Positions 19,885 through 30,769 of a stretch of DNA of 34,517 nt are shown here, piece by piece (the first letter of the stretch is position 1; each line of letters opens with the position of its first letter). A program made the translations under genes and the position numbers. Location: contig JAUCBJ010005655.1 of the NCBI GenBank assembly GCA_032718475.1, positions 1 to 34,517 of the forward strand, in the 5' to 3' direction. The notes under the pieces are model-generated. The model ran no database searches. It was not told where the DNA came from and was given only the letters and a program-made list of their open reading frames with translations. Source of the stretch: Nemertoderma westbladi. Taxonomy: Eukaryota > Animalia > Xenacoelomorpha.

Positions 19885-20166
19885 GTGTGTTTTATTAAAT
19901 AAAGTAACGGACTGATAGACCAACACAAACTCTCCTAAAAAGGTGCCTTAGATACCAGCCGTTACATATACGGATGGTGAATTAGCAAAGCCAAAGAGCA
20001 AATAAGTTATATGAATAAATAATTGGTGTGTTTTATGAAATAAAGTAACGGACTGATAGACCAACACAAACTCTCCTAAAAAGGGGCCTTAGATACCAGC
20101 CGTTACATATACGGATGGTGAATTAGCAAAGCCAAAGAGCAAATAAGTTATATGAAGAAATAGTTG
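19885..20166. repeat. 141-bp near-perfect tandem duplication upstream of the FReD gene
   Basis: aaagtaacggactgatagacc at 19901 and 20042; about 4 mismatches between copies. Confidence 0.95.
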
Positions 20167-20354
20167 GAATTCCTACTTGATGTAGTCATACTGTATAGGT
20201 GCATAGAAGGCGATATATTACTAATACAATGCTTTGGAGTTTATACTGTATGAATCCATCAGGATAGGATTAATCAACCAGATGGCAGCAAATTGTCTGA
20301 TTGTATATTTATTATTATAACTTTCATTGGGCCCAGCTTTGCAAAGTCGGCAAT

Positions 20355-20422
20355 GACTTCCAGGAGGGATCGAACTGGTGACCTCCAATTAAGAGGTCTG
20401 ACCTGACCATTCCGCTAGCGGC
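20355..20422 (-). mobile_element. Degenerate tRNA-like SINE head
   Basis: Minus strand GCCGCTAGCGGAATGGTC...CCAGTTCGATCCCT with A-box- and B-box-like motifs. Confidence 0.5.
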
Positions 20423-20599
20423 TAAGATAAAAGGTAGACCTAGAAATACTAGCTGATAAGTTGTATGTCCGCAATTTACATAACTGATCAGGCCACTGTG
20501 TGGCTGTTAAAGTTTTAACCAAAACCTGATCAATCGCGTTCTACTGTAAGGACGATTGGTGCAAATCAAGATCTTGGACAAAATCTTGGAAGAGGCCCC

Positions 20600-22790
20600 T
20601 TAGCTACGGAAACCATCTTAGCAGCGGGGGCATTTATATGCCGCATTTATGGCATGAATGATGAGGGTAAATGTGACAAGCCATGGCACATGTTAAATTG
20701 TTTACAAAATGCTTGTCACAGGCGGCACTGCCATCAACCACAGATGCTGCCCATCTCCATATAAAACGCGGCCATTATCAGACAATGGTTTGGCTCCAAG
20801 CTAGCCACTGCATCCAAGAACAGTTGGTCAGGGTGGACAGTTTTAGGCGACCAACTCCAGTGTTCCATGAAGTGACCAGTGACCAGTGTTCATGATGCTA
20901 CCACCAATCCCTGCATCATGTTTGGAAATAACATCATGCAGTAGTTCCAAAGGATGCCTTTCACGTCGTTGCGGATGCCAACAGGTTGGGTTGGCCTCAC
21001 ATTCACAGGTGCTTGCATATGCATTGATTCATCAATACCTTCCGAAAACATAGCATAGCATAGCATAAACTGTATAAATAAAATTGCTAAAAATCTAGCT
21101 GTAAGATTGGGGGGGGGGGGGGGGGGGGTTACAATATGCCGCTACTGTTACTATGCACTAAACTCATTGTTGCTATAGAAAACTCGTCACAAGGTGGTGT
21201 TACTACTTGGGATTCCTTGAAAACCATGTTACCATGTTACCGTTGCTATGGAAAAAACAAAAACATAGTTGATTGCCACTGTAAAACTCACCTTTTATGT
21301 ACTGTATAAAATATATTTTTGTTGTGAAAAAACCGCTTTTACAATGAAAACACGTTGTTGCTAAGCTAAGCTAAACATGTTAATGCTATAAAAAACCCAA
21401 TGTTCTTATTAAAAACCCCCGTTTGCTATGGTTAACTTTCGTTGCTAAGAACGTAACGTAAATTCAAATATATTTTAGTGATTTGGTATACGTCCCATAT
21501 TTTAAAATTGGACTGAACTGCACTATTTAAAAAATTTGGGGAAAGCCAACAGTTATTCCCGTATTAGGAGGAAAACTCCCGTTGCTATGACCATAAAACA
21601 TAACTTTGTCAAATAGAATAACTACAGAAGACCCCATATACTTTTAATTATCAAAATCCTTAAATTATTAAACTCTAAGGCAACAAAATACCAAAACGAT
21701 ATTAGAAATACATAAATAATAAAATATGCCCGTTGCTATGGTAACAATAGAATAATTACTTCGCTTGTGATCATGAATGTTGACTATATAACATATTGAA
21801 ATGCATCTGAAATACATATGACATGTTTCTGACGGATATTCTACATATAACAAAATGTTTCCCGTTGCTATGGTAATAAGAAAAGACCTGCTGCGTCGGT
21901 AAATAATTGTCTTAGGTTATGAACATGCAAGGTAATTGACCCTAAACGGATTTCTTTTTAAACTGATAGTAACTATATGTAAAGTGATGAAACATTGCAC
22001 AAGGTTATTTTTTGCTAGTTTCCATGGATACATGGCAACTGCTATTCCATTTTTACGGTGCCACCATTAAAAATATAGAGGGTCATATTGACAATATATT
22101 TGGAATGTTTTATGATTTTAGCGCAAGGGGAACACGAATTTGGCAATGGTTTAGAAAACTATTGATATATGAAAAAATTCACCTAAATTTGCAGTAAAAA
22201 CGACATTTAAAGACTTATTTAAGACTTATATTATAAGACTAAAGAAGGCGGGGTAGCTCAGTTGGTTGAGCGCCGGGCCTGCAATCTATTGGTTGTAGGT
22301 TCAGCCCCGCCAGGGTCCACTCAGCCTTTCATCCACTGGGGTCGATAAAATGAGTACCAGTTAAATAACTGGGAGCAAATCTTGGGATAAGAGAAGCGCC
22401 CACCCCTACCCTCGGGTAGCAGCTATCGAAAGAGGAGCCTTCGGGTCGCCTCCGACTTCGGCCGATTGTTTGCTTTTTTTTTTAAAGACTTATTTTGAAC
22501 AGTTGCCATGGTAACGTGTAACTAAAATGTACCTCAATTGATTTTCTGATTCCGATTCAGGGGGGGTGGTAGGTCAAGGTTAGAATTCTGAAGAGTCAAT
22601 ACAAAGTGGTGTTTTGCTAATGAACGCGGTGATTGGAAAATTGTGAAACAGGAAGCAAAAATTCACAATTGAGCTTGACATCAGACGGATTCGGAATCAG
22701 CACACTCGATTTAGCTAAAAATCGTTGGATGCCAGTCATTACCCAAATTTGCCTTCGCCGTCATTATTTCGGCAAAAAGGAACCAGACTA
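20600..22790 (+). mobile_element. Academ-like DNA transposon relic: transposase C-terminus, subterminal repeats and right end
   Basis: Broken translation AFICRIYG..KLFTK..LPSTTDAAHLHIKRGHYQTMVWLQA..LPPIPASCLEITSCSSSKGCLSRRCGC..TGACIC (LPPT..H..R.YQ..W plus a Cys-rich tail, as I recall for AcademX proteins). Right end ...aaccagacta at 22790 reads TAG on the other strand, the Academ terminus. Superfamily assigned from memory. Confidence 0.65.
22247..22483 (+). mobile_element. Full-length tRNA-derived SINE with conserved central domain (Meta/MESC-like), flanked by a target-site duplication
   Basis: Head ggcggggtagctcagttggttgagcg..ctGCAat..ggttcagccc; core ctcagcctttcatcc..gggtcgataaaatgagtaccag; T-rich end; tttaaagacttattt at 22206-22220 and 22481-22495. 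Confidence 0.88.
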
Positions 22791-25209
22791 TTTGATATAT
22801 ATAATAATATAATTTTTAAAACACTAGTTACAGTTATTCCTTTAAAAAGCACCAGCTATCAGTAATTTAGTACATGCCGATTACATTCATATAAAATTTG
22901 ATACAAAGTAGCATAGGCCTACATAACTTATGTTAAATGTCCATGAGAATGGTGACACATATCGTTGGCCTACTCGTGCCCGACCTTCAAGTCAAAATGA
23001 GTAGTGAGATATACCACAGTAGCTAGCCTGTTGGGCATTACTACACCTTGAGTACCAATGAAGAATTTTTTCATATGAAAATGGTTTTTTTTATTATGAT
23101 GTTTTTTGTTGTAGAACAAATATTTGACCTTCTGGCAGTAAGATTGTAGCTAGTAATTCTGATTTTGTGTTAGATATAAATTTTATTTGAAAAGTGAAAA
23201 AAATAAATTTAAAAAAAAACTTGAAAAAAATTTATTCAATTTTTTCTTGTGAAAATGGCTCTATGAAATGTAAAAACTAACTTGTTTAAGAAATCTTGTC
23301 TATGCTATTGCCCAAGGCGTAAGATACCCGACAGAGTTTGTAAATGTATTGGGGAGTTGCGGTTGGAACCAACAGAGTTAGTAAATGTCTACGGTAACGT
23401 GAACGCGGCCGAAGGACAACTATAATATTTTATTTTCTCAGTTTCTCTGTGATAGACTGCTACTGGCTGAAATAGATCTCGCATAACCACGGTCTTGTGC
23501 CGGCTTGTACTTTACAGATTACAACCTTCTTAAGATAGTTGAAAAACACAGTGATTTCTATTTACCCCAACAGAAATCACACGAAAAGAACCAAAATGTG
23601 AGCCTCAATTTTGAAAAATAATCCAAAAATAATATACAACATTTAAAAAATCGGGTTTAATACAATAAAAATCGTAACACAGTCTAAGTCTAAGTCGTAT
23701 ACAGTCATAAAATACTTGGTGCGGCTTCACGCTACTGGAAACTTGGTAATAGTGCAAACACCATTTTATTTCTATGTCCAAAATTGGATGGTACCGTTTG
23801 GGTATAGGAAATTAGCTGCTACTTTGTCCTCCTCAGAGCTCTATGGTCGGCCATGGGTCGGACGGAGGAGCCAGCGGGCAGAGTACACATTACACAATAG
23901 GGTGGAGTGAAAAAAAGTTTTTTCATTATTTTTAAGGGACACACTATTTTTCTGATGCCAAATCGGTATAAACTACCTTTGCAAAAAAGGGGCCTCAGGG
24001 CAATTGAAAATTTCAAATTTTTGGGAAGGCAATGCCAGTTTTGAAAATCCCAGATATTTTGTATTTTTGATAAAAGTTAAGGAAGATGCAAATATATAAT
24101 GTCAAATAGGTTGAAAACAAACACAAAATGTGCAGTTGTGAATTTCATATAAATCTACCCTCCCAGCCTCATTGCCTTTATTTTCATTTTGCAAAATTTG
24201 CCAAATTTCACCCTAAAAATGCAGCAAACCTACTTTGAAGTCTCTATAGTTGAAATCGATTTACTGGGGTTTGGAGTTCTTCCTGAGTGAAAACCAAGTC
24301 CCCTGATTTGATTACTACTATATTTCAATGCTAGAAACCCAGCTAGCTGGCTTTGCATTTGCCTTTGGATCAAATTCCCAATAAGTATGTTATAAACAGT
24401 AGGTATAGAAAGAAGGATAATTCTAAATTATGAAAACAATAGTAAAACACTAGAAAAACACTGTAAAGCACCCGGAAAACAGTAAAAATATTGAACAGCA
24501 GGAAATTTAACACAACTACTCGTCTGAATTGGTAATCCTAAATGTACTCCTCTCACAGCACACCTTAAGTAATCACTGGCCAAAACTCATAGTTTTTGCT
24601 AGCTTACCCACACTAACAAGAATCTTTAAACTCACCAGTCAGACCTCATTTGCTATCTATAACGGTTTTCAAAGATGGAGGTCTACTAATAGGATTATTC
24701 CTATTTATCAGTCCATATAATCCTAACTTAATTGTGGCAAATTTCCAAGAGATATGAAATTTAAACACTTCCTGAGCCATTGATTGTTGTTGGGGGTTCA
24801 CAGGAGCTATTGTGGGTTAGCCTTCACCATCATGCGATTGGATGTCATCCATCTCATAAGTTAATATACATGGGGAACAAGCTGTCTTGTAGCTATAGGA
24901 ACTTCAGTAAATGGAGTTGTTCCTTAACAAGTGTTCTTCATTTCCATACAGGAATAGAAGATGAAAAGTAATTTTTTCCTGTATTTCATTGTACTTTTCG
25001 ATGTGTTGCGATGAAATATAGTCGTTTTGCGGAAGTCTTCATTTGGACTACCGCCGTCCTTTATTAACAAATCACGTCGATAGCGATATGGTTCAAACAT
25101 TCATTTTTCTGTCGATCCATGCGACGTCATAGACGTTGGGCCTGGGATTGGCATTACTCCTAAAATGTTCCAAGTCTGTCATCTGAGCTCACTCGTGCTT
25201 TGTCCATTA

Positions 25210-27330
25210 TCCAAGCACAGCAAGTCTTCTTGGAGAAGGTGGATGATAAGGAACGTGGGTTAAACCTGGTGATTACGGAATTACCAGAGGGATCCACTAC
25301 CTTCTGCTAGAGAAGATTTACTGGAGGTATTGCGGCCTTAATGGATGTCTCACACAATCCGACACTGAGTGCTTCAGGGTCCTGCAAACGATTGGGTGAG
25401 GTTCGATCGAACCAGGACGGCTCTGTGCATAACAGGCTGTCCTGATTGTGCTTCCTGACAAGAAAGCTTGTGATGATATTCTGAAATTGGCGAGAATCCT
25501 GAAGAATCATAGCAAATATTGTAAGGTCTATATATAACCAGATTCCCACCCACTAATCTAGAAGAAAGAGGGGTGACTATGGCATGTTCCTCGACTTGAG
25601 AGGGAAACACCTGAGAACAGCGGCTGCTTTATTTGATACAACTATCGGAAACACGTGGTGCTGCGGGACAACTTGGTAATTGATAAATATATATAAATAG
25701 ATAACTGTGGTCACGGGATCACTGTGGTGGCTTAGTGTGGGATCTTATTGCTCGGGTGGGTTGGGTGAGTATACCCCTGGTGCCGGTGTACGTACACCGA
25801 ATCACAACCAAATGTTTCGAATTGGATATATGAAGGAGTATCTGATCTTGTGGTTAATTCCAGTGAACTCTTAGAAACATTTGTCAATCTACGGATATTA
25901 TTATCTGTAATAACCTATGTACAGGTGCTCTTAAACTCAATGGTGGTCTATCCTATCGTAAAGGTAAGAAATGGGTCTCTGAACTGGATTTATGTATTGC
26001 AAACTCAGCATCTGCCCCGGTAGTATCTTCTCTCGATATAAATAGGGATGTTCCCGGATCTTATCATGGCCCTCTAGTGGCTTCATTGTCTCTGAGTGGC
26101 CTAATGATATCTATAGATTATCAACAACTAGTTCACTATTCATTTCTCCAGGTGAATCGGGCTAAAAGAAAAGTCATCTAAACATTCTAAAAAAAAGGGA
26201 ATATTACATAATAAGTAGATTTGGATAAGTTCTCTGGTCTCTTGGGCTCCATCGCTCCTCCAGATATACCGAATCTATAGTCGTAAGATGGAAATAGATG
26301 ATCTATTAACTCTCTCTCTCAGGGCAGATGATCTATTAACTCTCTCTCTCAGGGCAGATGATCTATTAACTCTCTGTCAGGGCATCATTGATGATACTGC
26401 GATTAAAAACCGTAATAGTGAACACAATGATCCACTTTTGGACCCAGTGTAACGATGGGAAAATCTAATCAACAATAATGATCACAAGGGGATCTGGAAC
26501 GCGTTAGACTGGAATGGTGACGTCACAGATAATAATCTCCATGACAACAGAAGAAGGCGATGCATCTGATCGAGACTTTTAATCTCATTTTGAGTCATTG
26601 AATCCGGGGAATGTTACGGACTAGGCACTTTTAATAACTCACCTTATGTCCCATTGTTGGATGTTCCGTTCTCACAGAAGGAATTCGCGGAGGCTCTAGC
26701 TGATTTAACTAGCTGATTAAGCAGGTCTACTATCTCGTCTACCTGGTTCTTGGTTGATTTTCTTCATCACGATTCTGAATATTTTATTTAACTGGGCACT
26801 CTACCCAGCTTCTTGGTCCTTAAATAAACTAGTAATGTGCTTTAAATCTGGCAATAGATCTCTATGCGGTAATTACAGGGGTCTATGTTATGATTACGTT
26901 GGCTAAATTGTAATTGATATTATCATTCATAATCGGCTCAAACTATGGGTTTCTCTAGATAGGTGCCAAGAAGGATCCCACAAAAACCGTGGGTGTCTGG
27001 AACATATAGAAAGCTTACGATTATTAAAAGATATTGCCTGGTTTAAGAGACTACGTTTATTTGTTGTGTTTATGGATTATTGCAAAACTAAAAGGCAGGT
27101 TTTTTAATGCTTGTGATATCTCATCTTTAATATATCGATCGGAATCCTGGTTGTTGTGTAATGAGTTTAAGGGTGATTGAAAATAGTTTCATAAGCTCGT
27201 AGAAATACTACTTTCTGTCCATATACAAACCACCCACGACCACGGATGTCTGCCTACTAGAAAAGGGATTGCTGCGTTACAACATTACATTCTGAACTCT
27301 CGGAAACAATTTAAGGATGGGTTATTGAAA
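25210..27330 (+). mobile_element. Decayed non-LTR retrotransposon (ORF1 plus APE-RT ORF2 with internal deletions; clade uncertain, possibly Proto2-like)
   Basis: ORF1 pieces QAQQVFLEKVDDKERGLNLVITELPE and ERETPENSGC..VVLRDNLVIDKY; APE end GGLSYRKGKKWVSELDLCIA; RT YPASWSLNKLVMCFKSGNRSLCGNYRG and NRLKLW..RGCLEHI..LFVVFMDYCK; many stops and frameshifts. Confidence 0.8.
26296..26383. repeat. 30-bp tandem triplication inside the LINE relic
   Basis: agatgatctattaactctctctctcagggc x3 (third copy 28 bp). Confidence 0.95.
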
Positions 27331-27349
27331 TTAACTGACGACGTGGGAC

Positions 27350-27531
27350 GAAAAATACAAGTAGCGAAGTAGCATCAAATTTCAAACGGCAAAAATCTAA
27401 TTTAGTTGGATAATGCGATATTTTTGAGTGTCATATTCGTGATCAGCGTCCCAAAAAACCCATATTGTCTAACAATCAGGTTGATTTGGTGATGATTTTT
27501 GGTTATCAAATTTGCGCTACTTGTATTTTTC
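27350..27531. mobile_element. MITE-like element with 17-bp perfect inverted repeats
   Basis: gaaaaatacaagtagcg (27350-27366) and cgctacttgtatttttc (27515-27531). A degenerate related copy lies at ~27810-27965. Confidence 0.7.
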
Positions 27532-27739
27532 ATGCCGCATATCCAAAAATGCCCTAATCCACAATCGTTAAGTTCTCGACAAACCGCTTCACAGGGAAGA
27601 GTTCATTGTATCAAAATTATCATAAGGTGAAACTTGGGGTCTATCTTCCCGGTATAGTAAATATGAATGAGAAGTTTTTATTTAAATTTAATCTATTTAA
27701 ATTTAATAAAATAGGAAAAATACTGATAATAAATTAATA

Positions 27740-27780
27740 AGTCTAATGACATTTCGACCTTACGGTCATCTACAGAGACT
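27740..27780 (-). ncRNA. Minimal type-I hammerhead-ribozyme-like motif (Penelope-type), with a core substitution
   Basis: Minus strand AGTCT CTGTAGA T GACC-GTAA-GGTC GAA ATGTCAT T AGACT: stem I AGTCT/AGACT, GNRA-capped stem II, palindromic stem III. The core reads CUGUAGA instead of CUGANGA. Confidence 0.6.
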
Positions 27781-28129
27781 GTGAAATAATAAAGATATTG
27801 TAAATACTGAATTTGAATCCACAATGTACGACATATTTCGGTGTCATTCTTAATCAGCATACCAAAAAACCTATATGGTCATAAAATCGATTTGAATTAG
27901 TGGTGATTTTTCATTTACATATTTGGACTATTACATATTTACATATTTACTTGTTTTTTTCGTATTGTATTAATGTATTTTTATGTATTCAAAAACACCA
28001 AAATTTTCTCGAATGTTATATTTGAGTTCAATATTCAATGTTCAGTATGTTATAAATAGTGACATCTTTAGGAATCTCACGGTGTCGGTTTCTGCTTAAT
28101 GACCGGCGTTTTGAGTCGAAGCCGTACCC

Positions 28130-28322
28130 ATTATTAAAACTTCAATGTTATGGTATTACAGGTAATCTGTATCTCTGGTTTGACAGATATTTAACTGAAC
28201 GTGTTCAGCGAGTGAAAATAGGTAAAAGCTTTTCTAACTTTCACAAAGTTATATCCGGTGTAGCACAAGGTTCGTGTTTAGGTCCCCTTTTATTTATTAT
28301 TTTCATTAAGGATATGCCTACG
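28130..28322 (+). mobile_element. CR1/Jockey-type LINE RT fragment
   Basis: LLKLQCYGITGNLYLWFDRYLTERVQRVKIG..SGVAQGSCLGPLLFIIFIKDMP. Confidence 0.85.
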
Positions 28323-28334
28323 CACCTTTCCGGT

Positions 28335-29291
28335 ATTAATTCCAGGCGTCCTCCAGGGAGACACACTTGCACCAATCTTGTTCATAATTGTGGTTGACTA
28401 TGTTCTACGCATGTCCTTAGATCATCATAATGATGATGGGATGATGATAACTCCACCTACTGTTTCCAGAAGTCGAGGAAATCCTGCCAAGTACCTAACT
28501 GATCTAGACTTTGCTGATGACTTAGGAGTACTCTCAGAATCACTAGAGGGAGCCCAAAGGCTCCTCAGCTCATTAGAACATGCTGCTTCTAGTGTTGATC
28601 TTTTTATTAACTCCAGAAAGACCAAAATTTTGACAGTTAACTTTGAAAGTTCTCAGCAAGTCTCTGATCGGATGAGCATAAGCTCAAAGGATGGTATGCT
28701 TGAGCATGTGGACGACTTCTGTTACCTGGGATAATGGATCCGGAAGTCAGGTGAGGACCTTCGAATACGTAAGGGAAAGGCATGGGCAGCCTTGAATAGG
28801 CTTTACAGGATTTGGAAGTCACCGAGAATTAATCGGAAACTTAAGGTCCGATTATTTAGAGCAGCAGTAGTTCCAGTACTCCTCTATGGGAGTCCATGCT
28901 GGGCTCTAACTGCTGAGGACACCAAATCTCTGGATGGTACATTCACAAGAATGCTACGCCGGGTTCATTGTGTCAAGTACAATGCACACATCTCCAACCA
29001 GACACTATATAACATATTGGAGGTATCTCATTGGTTCCCACAAGCGTGACACTAGAACAAAATCGCCTCCGCTTTGCAGGACATTGCTTTCGCCATGAGG
29101 ACCAGCCAGTGCATAATCTTGTACTTTGGCAGCCTCATGGAGTGAATAAGCATGGTGGACAGCCCATGACTTTCTTGAGACGCATCTTAAAGGACACTGG
29201 CCTTGAAGATGCGGATGATCTAGCAAATGTCATGGGTAATAGGGAGTTGTGGCAGCGCAATTTTGTCGACAAGCCGGCACAGCATTCTTAA
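28335..29291 (+). mobile_element. 5'-truncated RTE-clade LINE (RT to C-terminus), frameshifted
   Basis: GVLQGDTLAPILFIIVVDYVLR..DLDFADD..FCYLG..KVRLFRAAVVPVLLYG..LDGTFTRMLR..RLRFAGHCFRH..LVLWQP..NRELW. Confidence 0.9.
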
Positions 29292-29319
29292 AAATGCAGC
29301 TGCAATGCAGCATGCCGAT

Positions 29320-29710
29320 CCTAGTAGCACGGCACCCATTGCGGCCTGTCCTGCAAAAACTTGAAATGTTTTATATACGTACGCGTCAGCCCGCCATTAA
29401 CAAACAGAAACGTGATTGGCGCAAGTTTGAGGTGCTGCTTCCCAGTGGTTAGACGGATACACTTCTACATTGTTTCACTTAACCTTTCTTTCTCCCTTGG
29501 GAACTTCTATCTATTGTCTCCTTTCTAGCACTAGCTACTTGAGAAAGCCCCCATTGGGGCGAAACCTACAGATCAGCTGACAGTTCTCAGCTGATCACTG
29601 ATTGCATGCAACGTCTACAGGTCAGTTGCTTTTTTACTGTTTCATTTGTACTGCATACCTACCGGTAAGGTTTTTACTTCATTGCTTGACAATTAAATAA
29701 AAGTACCACT
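29320..29710 (+). mobile_element. 3' end of a Penelope-like element (GIY-YIG C-terminus plus 3' UTR/pLTR)
   Basis: LQKLEMFYIRTRQPAINKQ (29351-29407) fits the L-xx-LE-xxx-I-xxxx-P-x-LN-x-Q end of PLE endonucleases. Stop at 29452, then a pyrimidine-rich UTR, a hammerhead-like motif and AATAAA at ~29696. Confidence 0.72.
29532..29579 (+). ncRNA. Variant hammerhead-like motif of the Penelope-like element
   Basis: TAGCT A CTTGAGAAA GCCCC-CATT-GGGGC GAAA CCTACAGATC AGCTG: 5-bp stem II followed by GAAA, with a non-canonical core. Confidence 0.5.
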
Positions 29711-29897
29711 ATATTGCATTAACTCAAGCTTTTTAATTCTAATATTAAATATTTTGTAGTGCAACGATTTGTTAAGTGGGGCGGGTCGCAGATATTGTTG
29801 CGTTGTATGGTTGTGTTGGTTACCCAGAAAATGGGACAATGGGGACATCATATTGTTTCGGTTGTACCATTATATAGGTTAACCAAACAGTAGTGGT

Positions 29898-29955
29898 ACA
29901 AAGACGGATGAACGCGGTACAGAGACGGCTGAACGCGGCACAGAGACGGTTGAAC
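29898..29955. repeat. 21-bp tandem repeat, ~2.7 copies
   Basis: agacgg(a/c/t)tgaacgcgg(t/c)acag units. Confidence 0.85.
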
Positions 29956-30769
29956 CAGACAAAAGGGCATAACTCGGGGAATTTGATGTGAAGTGAGATG
30001 GGGGTAATGAAGTTTACAAAAAATATGCTCACCCGGATTCAAAATAAATAACAATGATTTTACTGGCCTATAAAAGATTACTTGAGATGACTTGGCGACT
30101 GGAACTTTGGAGGGATGAATTTGAAAGCAAGAATGTTTTATTACCCAAAGTTTATAGCCCAGGTAGTTGAGATACATGGTATTTTCCTCCCTAAGGCTAT
30201 ACGTTTGTAAGAAACATAAATTATATTGTTATGTATAGTCTAATACGTAAAGGTGTCCTACTATAATTATTGCCGATCTACAATGGGATGGGGATTAGCC
30301 TTGGGGGATTAAATAGCCGGTAGGGTGACAATGCTTTGGGAAAGGATATGATTTTATGACTTGCTCTGTATTTTATCTATATGATAGAAAGTAATGGGTC
30401 CGATTTGACAATAGAGAAATGTGTTTTATTGCACAATATTTGTTCAATGAGGCGTGCAGGTCTACATTACCCGAGCGCTAGATATTCCGATAGTAATGGA
30501 TAACATTGAAGTGGGTGTAGTTACTGTGAGGTACTGTGAAACCCGGAACAATAGATTTGGCAACTATATGACAACGCGATACATCTCACTTGATGTGTGA
30601 GTTGTGCAGTCTCTCTCCTTCTCAAAATGTTTGTAGTACCCGTATGAAATCGGTAATTTGGCGACGGGAATTAATTGTCATGTCAATAAGTTATTTACCA
30701 AGTTTGCAATATATACTTCAGTAAGTCAGATAGCGATGGCCCAAGTTGCTACAATAGCATCAAATACGG

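Noticed and set aside
21109-21128. G20 run (and C19 at ~16780-16798) as functional G-quadruplexes
   Set aside because: Simple homopolymers inside transposon relics; nothing indicates function.
22247-22320. Functional tRNA-Cys gene
   Set aside because: The T-arm and acceptor stem are degenerate and the sequence continues into a SINE body with a TSD.
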